Shown here: positions 44,667-53,769 of the stretch, one piece after another
Numbering within the stretch: position 1 is the first letter of the stretch
Layout of the letters: the number at the start of each line of letters is the position of its first letter
NCBI GenBank assembly: GCA_007375595.1
Contig: VMEP01000001.1
Span: 415,184 to 479,183, forward strand
DNA length: 64,000 nt
Reading direction: 5' to 3'
Origin: Parcubacteria group bacterium LiPW_30
GTDB taxonomy: Bacteria > Patescibacteriota > Minisyncoccia > Phycocordibacterales > VMEP01
Notes under the pieces: model-generated
The model's input: only the letters and a program-made list of their open reading frames with translations
Told to the model about the DNA's origin: nothing
Databases searched by the model: none
Program-made: the position numbers and the translations under genes

Positions 44667-45614
44667 TTGACACAGTGCTATTTTTGTGCTAGTTTGTCGA
44701 TAGAGATCTTAACATTCGATTTATTTTTTGAGGAGAGTCCTTTGTTAGACACACAACTTGAGGCGTTAACTCAAAGGGTCCGCGAGACACTTTTGGCCGG
44801 TCGTGTCGTCGTGATTATGGGGTGGAGAGTAAACCATCACACCCCATTTACTAAAAGTTTGCCGGAAAGAAAGGTTCGATTTTATCTAAATGACAGGCCA
44901 CCGAAATCACTTAGTGGTACGGTTGGCCTAGTGCTTTATCCCGAATATTTGTCACACCGTGATGTGGAACGGCTAAAGAGAGGGTTAAACAGTAGGATAG
45001 TTTATCCGATTGTAGTGCATTATCGGACAATCATATCAACAATAGAATCCTGTAAGGATTTGATGGTTGTTCAGCCATGCACTTGCGCCAACCTCCAGTG
45101 CGACGAAACAAGAGCGGTGACCAAAGTAGAGCCCGCGGTCGGAGCGATACCTTTGATTCAGGATTTGAGCGAAGATGTTCTTGATTTTTTGACAACTCCA
45201 CCTTTGAAGGAGAAACACGAAATGAACAAAATGGAATGTTTTGCTAAAGCGTTTCTAGAAGCTGCCACGTCCGACGGCGAAGGCCGTGTTGGCAAGGTAA
45301 CACTGGGGAAACTTCGCACGCAGTGTGGTGTTGAAGAATCCGTTTCGAAACTTATCCGCGATGGCTGGCTTGAGTCGGTCGTAACGCCGGGTAAGCAAAA
45401 GGCTGGCTGGTATAAGGCCGGCCAGACGATGCTTCAAAGCAGTGCTGATCAGAAGAATGTTGAACCCGAAGATCCGTACGAGCTGGCGAAATTTCTTGTC
45501 GCCCAGAAACCTGGGGTTCTTGCCGAGTTCGCCGAAGCTGAAAAAAAGCTCGCAAGGATTGAACTTGCGGAAAAAGTACTCGAACAGCTAGCCGGCCTCA
45601 AGAAGTCGGAATAG
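44667..45614 (+). CDS. hypothetical protein (GC-rich ORFan, ~50% GC)
   Basis: Long ORF with no motif. A possible internal TTG start after a GAGGAG RBS near 44740. Followed by a terminator. Confidence 0.4.
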   Translation: MTQCYFCASLSIEILTFDLFFEESPLLDTQLEALTQRVRETLLAGRVVVIMGWRVNHHTPFTKSLPERKVRFYLNDRPPKSLSGTVGLVLYPEYLSHRDVERLKRGLNSRIVYPIVVHYRTIISTIESCKDLMVVQPCTCANLQCDETRAVTKVEPAVGAIPLIQDLSEDVLDFLTTPPLKEKHEMNKMECFAKAFLEAATSDGEGRVGKVTLGKLRTQCGVEESVSKLIRDGWLESVVTPGKQKAGWYKAGQTMLQSSADQKNVEPEDPYELAKFLVAQKPGVLAEFAEAEKKLARIELAEKVLEQLAGLKKSE

Positions 45615-45639
45615 TGCCACAAGCCCGCACCAAATGAAG

Positions 45640-45673
45640 AGCCCGCCTCTTTTTTATTGGGGCGGGTTTTTTG
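45640..45673 (+). terminator. rho-independent terminator
   Basis: cccgcctcttttttattggggcggg followed by ttttttg. Confidence 0.7.
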
Positions 45674-45840
45674 TTGAAAGGATGAATTATTGTGTAAAAA
45701 AATACAAAGAATATTTTGATTTGATATACTTAATGTATTAAAAATTAATCTAAAAATTTAAATTTTATGGCAAAAGGAAACGATCGCCCACGTAAGGAAA
45801 AAAAGAAACCAAAGAAGAATAAGTAGTAATGATAGGAACA

Positions 45841-45911
45841 GAAAATCCGCCCAGCACTTAATTTTCAAATCGAGTTTGTCTAATTTAAAATTAAGTGCTG
45901 GGCGGATTTTC
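45841..45911 (+). other. perfect 25-bp inverted repeat (long hairpin, 21-nt loop) followed by a T-run
   Basis: gaaaatccgcccagcacttaatttt ...21 nt... aaaattaagtgctgggcggattttc, then ..gattttttacgg. It lies downstream of a 19-codon basic sORF (45767-45826) and upstream of cspA. Confidence 0.7.
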
Positions 45912-46017
45912 TAATTCTTGATTTTTTACGGCTTTTATGTTATACATATAGGCAAGCACAGGAGCAGAGTCGAGTTTCGTAGTAGCAATTTAAGCAGCAA
46001 TAAATATAGAAATCAAT

Positions 46018-46215
46018 ATGCAAGGAACAATCAAGACTATCACGGATAGAGGATTTGGATTCATTTCTCGCGAAGGCGAGGCAAAGGATCTTTTCTTTCA
46101 TTCGAAAGAATTGAATGGTGTCACATTTGACGAACTAAAAGTTGGCGATGTCGTTAGCTTTGAAGTTGTTGACGGTGAAAAAGGACCATCAGCTACAAAC
46201 GTATCACGCGTATAG
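46018..46215 (+). CDS. cspA: cold-shock protein (CSD)
   Basis: GTIKTITDRGFGFISREG..DLFFH: RNP1/RNP2 motifs of the cold-shock domain. Confidence 0.9.
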   Translation: MQGTIKTITDRGFGFISREGEAKDLFFHSKELNGVTFDELKVGDVVSFEVVDGEKGPSATNVSRV

Positions 46216-46302
46216 GCGTCCGTTTGGAAGAAGGCACCTCGATCACTCGGGGTGCTTTTCTTTTTAGGGTGTAATAATTTTTATGTGGTAGAGTAATATT
46301 TT

Positions 46303-47766
46303 ATGGCAAAAGCAGACAGTATAATTTCATTTGAAAAAGTATCTTTTGAGTACGGGCCAAACAAGCCTATTTTAGACACGGCCGATTTTGTCATTCGTCG
46401 TGGAACGAAGATTACTTTGATGGGACAAAATGGCGCAGGGAAAAGCACCATTTTTGGTCTTATTACAAAAGCGCTTACACCAGAAAGTGGAAAAATAAAT
46501 ATCGTTAATAATCTATCAATCGCATTGTCTAGACAGGTTATTCCAAGAGAGGATTTAGATCTTACGGTGCGCGCTTTTTTTGAAAAATGTTTTACCAGCA
46601 AGGTTTATGATATTGATCCTCGGATTGATGAAGTTTTAGAAGTTGTTAATTTAAAGGGTCATGAAAAATTACATGAAAGAATAGTGAGATCTTTTTCTGG
46701 CGGACAACAAGCGCGCCTACTCCTTGCTTCAGCCTTAATCCAGAATCCAGATTTGCTTCTTTTAGACGAGCCGACTAACAACTTAGACACAGCGGGAATT
46801 GAACATCTTACAAAGTTTCTTGTTGATTATAAAAAGACGGTTATTGTTATTTCTCACGATGCTGAATTTTTGAATTCATTTTCTCATGGTGTTTTGTATC
46901 TTGATTTGTATACACGAAAGGTTGAACAATACGCCGGCAATTATTTTGACGTGGTTAAGGAAATTTCAGCACGTATTGAAAAAGAAAACAGAAAGAATGC
47001 TCAACTCGCGAAAGAAATTCAAGAGAATAAAGATAAATCAAACTTTTTCGCACACAAAGGAGGGCAAATGCGTCTTGTTGCTAAGAAAATGAGAGAAAGA
47101 GCAGAAGCGCTTGAAGAAGAAATGGTTGATGTTCGTAAAGAAGATAAGACAATACGTTCGTTCATTATTCCCGCGCAAGATGGAGTTGTTGGGGAAGTTT
47201 TGAATATAACCTCTTTTTCCGTTATTGGTAAAAACCATAAACCAGTTGAAAGGAAAGCCAAACTTTCTCTAAAGCGCGGACAGCACCTACTACTTAAGGG
47301 ACCAAATGGAATTGGAAAAAGTACGCTACTTGAAGCGCTTGCTGGTGGAAAAGCCAAGGGTGCTGTTATCGCAAAAGGGGTGAAGGTTGGTTATTACCGA
47401 CAAGATTTTTCAACACTTAATTTCAATGACACAGTTTTTGATTCTTTGATGGAAGTGATGGACACGAAAGACGAAGACAAAATGCGAAGCGTTGCAGCGG
47501 GGTTCCTTTTGACTGGAGAGGTTGTACGTACAAAAATAGGAAGTTTATCTGAAGGGCAGAAAGGACTTGTTGCTTTTGCGCGATTGGTTCTTGAAAGACC
47601 GGGACTTCTTATTTTAGACGAACCAACAAACCACATAAATTTCCGACACATTCCAATTATTGCGCAGGCTCTAGATAAATATCTCGGGGCGATGATTATT
47701 GTTTCTCACGTGCCAGAGTTTGTGGAACAGATTCGTATTGATGAAACTTTAGATTTGGAGAAATAG
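46303..47766 (+). CDS. ABC-F family ATPase (tandem NBDs, no TMD; translation-associated EttA/Uup-like)
   Basis: Two Walker A motifs (GQNGAGKST, GPNGIGKST). Two signature motifs (LSGGQQARL, LSEGQKGLV). Two Walker B motifs (LLLDEPTN). An inter-domain linker is present. Confidence 0.9.
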   Translation: MAKADSIISFEKVSFEYGPNKPILDTADFVIRRGTKITLMGQNGAGKSTIFGLITKALTPESGKINIVNNLSIALSRQVIPREDLDLTVRAFFEKCFTSKVYDIDPRIDEVLEVVNLKGHEKLHERIVRSFSGGQQARLLLASALIQNPDLLLLDEPTNNLDTAGIEHLTKFLVDYKKTVIVISHDAEFLNSFSHGVLYLDLYTRKVEQYAGNYFDVVKEISARIEKENRKNAQLAKEIQENKDKSNFFAHKGGQMRLVAKKMRERAEALEEEMVDVRKEDKTIRSFIIPAQDGVVGEVLNITSFSVIGKNHKPVERKAKLSLKRGQHLLLKGPNGIGKSTLLEALAGGKAKGAVIAKGVKVGYYRQDFSTLNFNDTVFDSLMEVMDTKDEDKMRSVAAGFLLTGEVVRTKIGSLSEGQKGLVAFARLVLERPGLLILDEPTNHINFRHIPIIAQALDKYLGAMIIVSHVPEFVEQIRIDETLDLEK

Positions 47767-47797
47767 AATATTTACTTTATCACCATGTGCTTCTTAT

Positions 47798-47825
47798 ATT
47801 CTAGTATTTTGCAAAATACTAGAAT
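47798..47825. promoter_or_regulatory. 28-bp perfect palindrome, putative ArsR-family operator overlapping the -35 of the arsR-like gene promoter
   Basis: attctagtattttgcaaaatactagaat. A -10 ggTGtATAATtt follows 18 nt downstream, and the regulator gene starts at 47870. Confidence 0.6.
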
Positions 47826-47869
47826 AGATAAACGGGGTGGTGTATAATTTATTTACTAAATATAAATAG

Positions 47870-48142
47870 ATGGCTATCAATTACCGGAAAATTGAAAGAA
47901 TTATTAAAGGGTTTGCCAACCATAGGCGGATTCAAATTCTCGATGTATTGAAAAAAGAACCAGAGCTTTCAGTGGACGATATAGCAAAGAAGCTTAATAT
48001 AGGGTATATGAACGCATCAGACCACGTACGCAAGATGACCATTTCTGGACTAGTCATAAAACGTAGCGATGGTAACAGTGTTCGCCACAAGTTAACACCA
48101 TTAGCAGAATCTATTCTAGTATTTTGCAAAAAACTAGAATGA
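47870..48142 (+). CDS. ArsR/SmtB-family transcriptional regulator
   Basis: FANHRRIQILDVLKKEPELSVDDIAKKLNIGYMNASDHVRKMTISGLV: ArsR HTH pattern. Confidence 0.8.
   Translation: MAINYRKIERIIKGFANHRRIQILDVLKKEPELSVDDIAKKLNIGYMNASDHVRKMTISGLVIKRSDGNSVRHKLTPLAESILVFCKKLE
48113..48139. promoter_or_regulatory. second copy of the operator palindrome (1 mismatch) inside the 3' end of the regulator gene, immediately before the flavoprotein start
   Basis: attctagtattttgcaaaaaactagaat. The regulator TGA (48140-48142) overlaps the downstream ATG (48139). Confidence 0.55.
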
Positions 48143-49392
48143 CTGTAAAAAATAAAAAAATAATTGATGTTGTTGTAATCGGTGGAGGACCAGCTGGGAT
48201 GATGGCTGCGGGGCGTGCGGCCGAACTTGGGCGTTCGGTTGTCCTTCTTGAAAAAAATCAGACACTCGGCAAAAAACTTTTAATTACTGGTGGCGGGAGG
48301 TGTAACGTCACAAACAACAAGAAAGATGTTCGCACCATGCTTTCTAAATACAAAGGAAGTGATAAATTTCTTTTCTCTGCTTTTTCTCGGTTTGGAGTGA
48401 GAGAGACTTTGGAATTCTTCAATAAACGAGGAATGGAAACTAAAGAGGAAAATGAAGGTAGAATTTTTCCAGCTTCAAATAAATCTCAATCTGTCTGGGA
48501 TGTTTTAGTAAAATATATGAAAGAAGGTAAGGTGAGAGTGCAGACAGACGCAGATGTTTCCGGGATATCTTTGGATAAAAAAACGAAGGATTTCTGTATC
48601 AAATTGAAAGACGGGCAAGAAATAATTGCGAAAAAATGTATTTTAGCAACCGGCGGAACTTCACACCCAGAAACAGGGTCAACCGGGGAAGGCTTCTCTT
48701 GGCTTAAAAAGTTGGGACATAAAACATCGGGGAGTAACGTGGCCCTTGTGCCTGTCCGTCTTAAAGATTTTTGGACAAAAGAATTAAGTGGAATAACTTT
48801 GTCTGATATTAAACTTACTGTATTTCAAAACAACGAAAAACGCGGAGTAGAAAAAGGGAAGTTATTGTTTACCCACTTTGGTATTAGTGGACCAACAGTT
48901 TTAAACATGAGCAAAGACATAGGTGAATATGTTCAGTATGGTGAAGTTCGGATTGATATTGATTTATTTCCAAAACTAGACCACAAGGAGTTAAAGAAAA
49001 AACTCCAAGATATCTTGGTAAAAGAGAGTAATAAAAAATTAAAAAATACTATCGACAAATTAGTTCAATCGGCACTCGGAAAAGCTATACTCGAAATCGC
49101 AAAGATAGATGGCGAAACTTTTAACCACAGCGTGAGTAGTGAAGACAGAATTAAATTGGTAGCAATAATGAAAGCTCTCTCACTCAATGTTAAAGGACTA
49201 CTTGGTGCTGACAAGGCTATTGTTACGTCTGGTGGAGTTTCTTTAGAGGAAGTTGATTTTAAAACAATGCAATCGCGAATAGTGCCAAACCTTTATTTGG
49301 TTGGGGATGTTTTAAATATTGATAGGCCGTCAGGAGGGTATAGCCTCCAGATTTGTTGGACCAGCGGGTATGTCGCAGGAAGTAATTGCTAA
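48139..49392 (+). CDS. FAD-dependent flavoprotein, HI0933/BaiN family
   Basis: DVVVIGGGPAGMMAAGRAAELGRSVVLLEKN..GKKLLITGGGRCNVTN N-terminal signature. The ORF track starts at an upstream TTG (48124); the ATG at 48139 is preferred. Confidence 0.85.
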   Translation: MTVKNKKIIDVVVIGGGPAGMMAAGRAAELGRSVVLLEKNQTLGKKLLITGGGRCNVTNNKKDVRTMLSKYKGSDKFLFSAFSRFGVRETLEFFNKRGMETKEENEGRIFPASNKSQSVWDVLVKYMKEGKVRVQTDADVSGISLDKKTKDFCIKLKDGQEIIAKKCILATGGTSHPETGSTGEGFSWLKKLGHKTSGSNVALVPVRLKDFWTKELSGITLSDIKLTVFQNNEKRGVEKGKLLFTHFGISGPTVLNMSKDIGEYVQYGEVRIDIDLFPKLDHKELKKKLQDILVKESNKKLKNTIDKLVQSALGKAILEIAKIDGETFNHSVSSEDRIKLVAIMKALSLNVKGLLGADKAIVTSGGVSLEEVDFKTMQSRIVPNLYLVGDVLNIDRPSGGYSLQICWTSGYVAGSNC

Positions 49393-49437
49393 CGCTTAAA
49401 TTGAAATCAGACATGTCTATAAGTTAGAATATTAATT

Positions 49438-49800
49438 ATGAACGAACAACTTTCCACACAATTTGAAAAGAAAAGCGACCTTGAAGAGGCCGCATATGAC
49501 GCTAGATTAAGAAAAGATGTTATTTTGCCGAAAGAGGGAACTGGGGCTTATGAAGCTTTAGAAAAAACATGCAATGATTATTCAAATATTGTTGCTCAAG
49601 AAATGACTGCTTCTTCCCTTAAGTTTTTTGAGATAAGTGGTAAAAATAGAAGAGCTCTGCACGCAGAGCTCTGTGTAAAACTTTATGGCACGTCTTGGCA
49701 GGAAACCTCCCGAGACGATACTGACGCTGCTAGACGTTTTGCCCACTATGTCGCTGGGCGTCCTTCGTTTGCAGAGGACTTAAACACTGGCGGGCATTGA
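49438..49800 (+). CDS. hypothetical protein
   Basis: 120 aa, no motif. Stop shares the palindromic TGATCA with the convergent gene. Confidence 0.45.
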   Translation: MNEQLSTQFEKKSDLEEAAYDARLRKDVILPKEGTGAYEALEKTCNDYSNIVAQEMTASSLKFFEISGKNRRALHAELCVKLYGTSWQETSRDDTDAARRFAHYVAGRPSFAEDLNTGGH

Positions 49801-50046
49801 TCAGCACTCCACTTCGTCGCCGATGTATTGAAACCTCTTGCCTTCGACCGTGACAACGGTCTTGAAAGTGCCGTCGCCCTGGTCAACGTTGAGCTGGCAG
49901 GTGTCGTACTTGGCTGAGCACAAGAGGAAACGCAGTTCCTCAAGCTCAATCCAGTAGCTTTTCTTGCTCCCGTTTTCATTGACGCGATTGCGGAGCTTTT
50001 CAAGCAATTTCTCCAGCTTTTTCTTGTCACCATGCGTCGTTGCCAT
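49801..50046 (-). CDS. hypothetical protein (GC-rich ORFan)
   Basis: 81 aa, ~52% GC. Confidence 0.4.
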   Translation of the reverse strand: MATTHGDKKKLEKLLEKLRNRVNENGSKKSYWIELEELRFLLCSAKYDTCQLNVDQGDGTFKTVVTVEGKRFQYIGDEVEC

Positions 50047-50178
50047 TTATGCCTCCTCGAAAAAGATCACGTTGAGTAACTAATTAAAAGGATATAACAC
50101 ATATCAAATATTGTCAATACACTTAAAATTTGTAAGATTTTAGTGGAAAAGTAAGGTAAATTGAGATAAAATCGATAC

Positions 50179-50571
50179 ATGTCATACAGAACTAACATCC
50201 TCAAACAAACAGAAGAAAATATAAATTTTCGAAAAGTTGTTTTTACTGGTGGAAAAAGCCAACTTGTTGTTATGGATATTCCTGTTGGTGGTGAGATTGG
50301 TGAAGAAAAACACGAACACGTGGAACAGACTTTATTTTTTATGAGTGGAAACGGAAAGGCGGTTTTAAATGGAGAAGAAAGCGCTGTTAATTCTGGAGAT
50401 GTGGTTGTTGTTACTCCAGGTACAACGCACAATTTTGTGAACACAGGGAACGAACCATTAAAGGTTTATACTATTTATGCCCCAGCAAACCATATTGATG
50501 GCCGTATTCATAAAACAAAAAATGACGCAGATAATGATAAAGAAGACGAAGCGTTTGGTCACGCTGTTTAA
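50179..50571 (+). CDS. cupin-domain protein
   Basis: G.E.GEEKHEH.EQTLFFMSGNGKAVLNGEE..V..GDVVVVTPGTTHNFVNTGNEPLKV: cupin_2 two-motif pattern. Confidence 0.75.
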   Translation: MSYRTNILKQTEENINFRKVVFTGGKSQLVVMDIPVGGEIGEEKHEHVEQTLFFMSGNGKAVLNGEESAVNSGDVVVVTPGTTHNFVNTGNEPLKVYTIYAPANHIDGRIHKTKNDADNDKEDEAFGHAV

Positions 50572-50598
50572 TTATTAGTTAATTTTAAAATCATTTTT

Positions 50599-50907
50599 AT
50601 GAAAGGATTTTTAGATTTTATTCGTGAGCAAGGGGTTGTCGGGTTAGCTGTTGGTTTTATTTTAGGCGGAGCTGTTTCTAAGGTTGTTGCTGGTTTGGTC
50701 ACAGACATTATTAATCCGATTATAGGTGTTGCCTTAGGCGCAGCAGGTGAGCTTAAGAGTGCGACGTTTGCGATTGGCCCAGTTCAGATTCTTTGGGGAG
50801 ATTTCGTGAGTATTTTGATTGATTTTGTAATTATTGCGCTTGTTGTTTATTTTGGAGTTAAGTTTATCGGTCTTGATAAGTTAGATAAAAAGAAGGAAAA
50901 CGCCTAA
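50599..50907 (+). CDS. mscL: large-conductance mechanosensitive channel
   Basis: MKGFLDFIREQGVVGLAVGFILGGA..DIINPIIG: classic MscL N-terminus/TM1. Confidence 0.9.
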   Translation: MKGFLDFIREQGVVGLAVGFILGGAVSKVVAGLVTDIINPIIGVALGAAGELKSATFAIGPVQILWGDFVSILIDFVIIALVVYFGVKFIGLDKLDKKKENA

Positions 50908-50967
50908 CCAAAGCTTAACTAAAGGATTTTTTTAAGTAAGAAAAGCCGTTTTTGTTCGTCTTAACCA

Positions 50968-51477
50968 ATGGAGAAGAATATAAAATATATTGAAAATATT
51001 TTTTTTGACGCGCACTCTATGTACGCAGATGCTATTTTTCGTTACTGCTACTTTAAGGTTGGGGACAGGGAGGTCGCCAAAGATATCACCCAAGATGTTT
51101 TTGTAAAAATTTGGGAGTTTTTAGTAAAAGGTGAAAATATAGAAAACATGAAGGCGTATTTATATAAAGTAGCCCATAATGCGGTAATTGATTTTTGGAG
51201 AAAGAGTAAATCAATTCCGGATAGTAATTTATCTCCTTTAGTTTTTGAAAATGCTCAAGCAAGTGAAAAAACAGAATTGCGGGCAGAATATTCGGTTTTT
51301 CTTTCAATGTTGAAGAAAATATCAGAGGAAGACAGGGATTTAATTGTTATGAGATATGTTGAAGACATGACCCCAGGAGAAATTGCTCAAGTTTTAGGAG
51401 TTCGAGAAAATACAATTTCTGTAAGAATCACACGTGCTGTATCTCGTCTGCGTGATATAGCAGATGGCAACAAATGA
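50968..51477 (+). CDS. RNA polymerase sigma-70 factor, ECF subfamily
   Basis: Region 2 (ITQDVFVKIWEF..YLYKVAHNAVIDFWRK) and region 4 HTH (MTPGEIAQVLGVRENTISVRITRAVSRLR). Confidence 0.85.
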   Translation: MEKNIKYIENIFFDAHSMYADAIFRYCYFKVGDREVAKDITQDVFVKIWEFLVKGENIENMKAYLYKVAHNAVIDFWRKSKSIPDSNLSPLVFENAQASEKTELRAEYSVFLSMLKKISEEDRDLIVMRYVEDMTPGEIAQVLGVRENTISVRITRAVSRLRDIADGNK

Positions 51478-51483
51478 AATAAT

Positions 51484-52734
51484 ATGAGTCAAGATTTTGA
51501 GAAAAACTTAAGAAATTTAAAAAACATTTCCCTCTCGGAAAACGAGAAGGTTCTTATGCGTGATAACCTTGAGATACATATTAAAAACACGACTCCATCT
51601 AAAGTTGAATCAAGTGTAAGAAAAGGTATTGAAGAACGTCTAAATAACTGGAGGGATTTAAAAGGTCCTAAATTATCAATTATAAGTTTATATTTTAATC
51701 AATTCAAAAATATGCCAGCATTAATTATCGCACTCATAGTAGCCCTCTCAGGGGGAACATCAGCCGTCGCCGTTAACTCATTACCAGGTGATATGTTGTA
51801 TCCGGTTAAGGTTTCAGTAAATGAGCCTATTGCCGGATTGTTTACTGTTTCTCAAGAAGCAAAAACGGTTCGACAAGGAAAGCTCGCAGAACGTAGGTTA
51901 CAGGAAGTAGAAGAGCTTGTCGCTAACGGTGTTTTTGACGAAGAAAAAAGAAGTGAAATAGAAGCCAGGTTAAACGACCACATTAATAAGTTTTCTGTAA
52001 ATGCATCAATACTTGCATCTGATAAAAATAAAGCTATTAGTTCGTCAGAGCTTACAGCTAGACTTGAAGCAGCGTTGATAGCACACCAAGACGTTCTTGG
52101 TAAGGTAACGATCAAGATTGATACCTCAACAAGCACAAGAGAAGAACTAGTTGCGATTATTTCTTTATTAAAAAAATCTGAAGGAGATGTTAAGGGTCAT
52201 CGTGAAAAAATTGACTTAAAACTCGGAGAGGACTCTTCTGATGAAGATGATAATGCCACTACTACAAAAGCCACCACCACAAAAGAAAGTTTACTCGGTA
52301 AACAAGGTGCGGCAGAGAACGTTTTAGCTTCAGCATTGAGAGCTTATGAAAGAGTTAAGCCAGAGCTATCTTCAGAAGTTAACTTTAAGGCTAGTGAAAT
52401 CTTTGCGAAAGCCACAAGTACTCTTGCGGAAGGTAAAGCTAAGGCAGAAAAAGGTGAGTATGCCGATGCTTCAGAAAAATTTCATGAAGTTATTAAATTA
52501 GCTAATAATGGTCGGGTCATTGTTTTATCGAACTCAATTTCTCGCAAAATAGAAGGATCTGACGATAAGGGCCGAAAAGATGAGTTTAGAAAAGATAAAG
52601 AAAGAGATGGTGAAGATAAAGGAAACGCATCATCTACTAGAATTCGTGATAACAACGACGATAATGATGACGACAACGACAGCGACAGTGAAAGAGATAG
52701 TGCTAATAGAGAAAGAGAAGAAGGACGTAGATAA
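51484..52734 (+). CDS. putative membrane-anchored anti-sigma-factor-like protein (DUF5667-like extracytoplasmic domain, acidic low-complexity tail)
   Basis: Immediately downstream of the ECF sigma gene. One TM helix (LIIALIVALSGG). LPGDMLYPVKV...NEPI segment. Long coiled coil. C-terminal D/N-rich tail. Confidence 0.45.
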   Translation: MSQDFEKNLRNLKNISLSENEKVLMRDNLEIHIKNTTPSKVESSVRKGIEERLNNWRDLKGPKLSIISLYFNQFKNMPALIIALIVALSGGTSAVAVNSLPGDMLYPVKVSVNEPIAGLFTVSQEAKTVRQGKLAERRLQEVEELVANGVFDEEKRSEIEARLNDHINKFSVNASILASDKNKAISSSELTARLEAALIAHQDVLGKVTIKIDTSTSTREELVAIISLLKKSEGDVKGHREKIDLKLGEDSSDEDDNATTTKATTTKESLLGKQGAAENVLASALRAYERVKPELSSEVNFKASEIFAKATSTLAEGKAKAEKGEYADASEKFHEVIKLANNGRVIVLSNSISRKIEGSDDKGRKDEFRKDKERDGEDKGNASSTRIRDNNDDNDDDNDSDSERDSANREREEGRR

Positions 52735-52840
52735 TATTTATAGATATACAAAAAACACCCTAGCCATATCTAGGGTGTTTTTTGTATATTGTATTTTTTA
52801 CGGTAAAATTACGGCTTAAATATTAATTAGTTGTTTTTAT

Positions 52841-53236
52841 ATGAAGAATATTTTAATTGGAGTAATTGTTATTATTGTTTTAGGCGGCCTTGGTTTTTAT
52901 ATCGTGAAAAATAAAGACGCAAGTAATTATGGTGGTGGTTCACTTCTAAGCCAAAACACAGAAACTTCTCAAACACCAACAACTACGGCATTAAAAGAAA
53001 AAACCTACACATTGGCAGATTTTTCCACACATAACTCAAAAGAGAGTTGTTGGTCAGTTATCAATGGAAAAGTTTATGATTTAACACCTTGGGTTTCAAA
53101 GCACCCAGGCGGGGAAAGTGCGATACTTTCTATTTGTGGTAAGGACGGCACAGACAACTTTCTTGGTAAACATGAGGGAGACGAAAAACCAGAAGCAAAA
53201 TTAGCCACGTTTTATATCGGAGTTCTTGCTCAGTAA
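52841..53236 (+). CDS. membrane-anchored cytochrome b5-like heme-binding domain protein
   Basis: H....CW..I.GKVYDLT.W...HPGG......CGKDGT..F...H: cyt-b5 fold signature. Confidence 0.75.
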   Translation: MKNILIGVIVIIVLGGLGFYIVKNKDASNYGGGSLLSQNTETSQTPTTTALKEKTYTLADFSTHNSKESCWSVINGKVYDLTPWVSKHPGGESAILSICGKDGTDNFLGKHEGDEKPEAKLATFYIGVLAQ

Positions 53237-53260
53237 TTTTTATTAGTATAAATTATAAAT

Positions 53261-53689
53261 ATGTCTATTTCAGACATCGTCGCCCCAATACACGTTGCAG
53301 CCCTTGTTTTTTCCGTAGTCGGGATTTTTTTGGCTGACCACCAAGCCTTCAACTGGATTTTGGGAAAGACGCCAACTCTCGACAAGAAAACACTTTTGAA
53401 ATATCACCACTGGGTTCTTTTAGGTTTATTTTTAATGATTATTACGGGGGCCATCCTTTTTTGGCCAATGCGAGAATATTTACTTCAGGACTTTGTTTTT
53501 GGTATAAAAATGTTTTTTGTTGCAGTCCTAATTGTTAACGGGTTCTTTATTGGGAAACTAATGAATGTTGCAATTGAAAAGCCGTACTCAACACTTAGTA
53601 ATAGAGAGCGTTTTCCGTTAATGTTAAGTGGAGCCGCCTCAACTACTGGTTGGCTAGGAGCATTCATCGCAGCAAACTTTTTGTTTTAG
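53261..53689 (+). CDS. hypothetical 4-TM membrane protein
   Basis: Hydrophobic, no motif. A terminator (ggccgaggcggcc + T-run, 53736-53759) follows. Confidence 0.45.
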   Translation: MSISDIVAPIHVAALVFSVVGIFLADHQAFNWILGKTPTLDKKTLLKYHHWVLLGLFLMIITGAILFWPMREYLLQDFVFGIKMFFVAVLIVNGFFIGKLMNVAIEKPYSTLSNRERFPLMLSGAASTTGWLGAFIAANFLF

Positions 53690-53769
53690 GAGATATTGCA
53701 GGAACTCGCAAAGTGTGTTAATGTCTATCTATATTCGGCCGAGGCGGCCTATTTTTTTGTTTAAATAAT

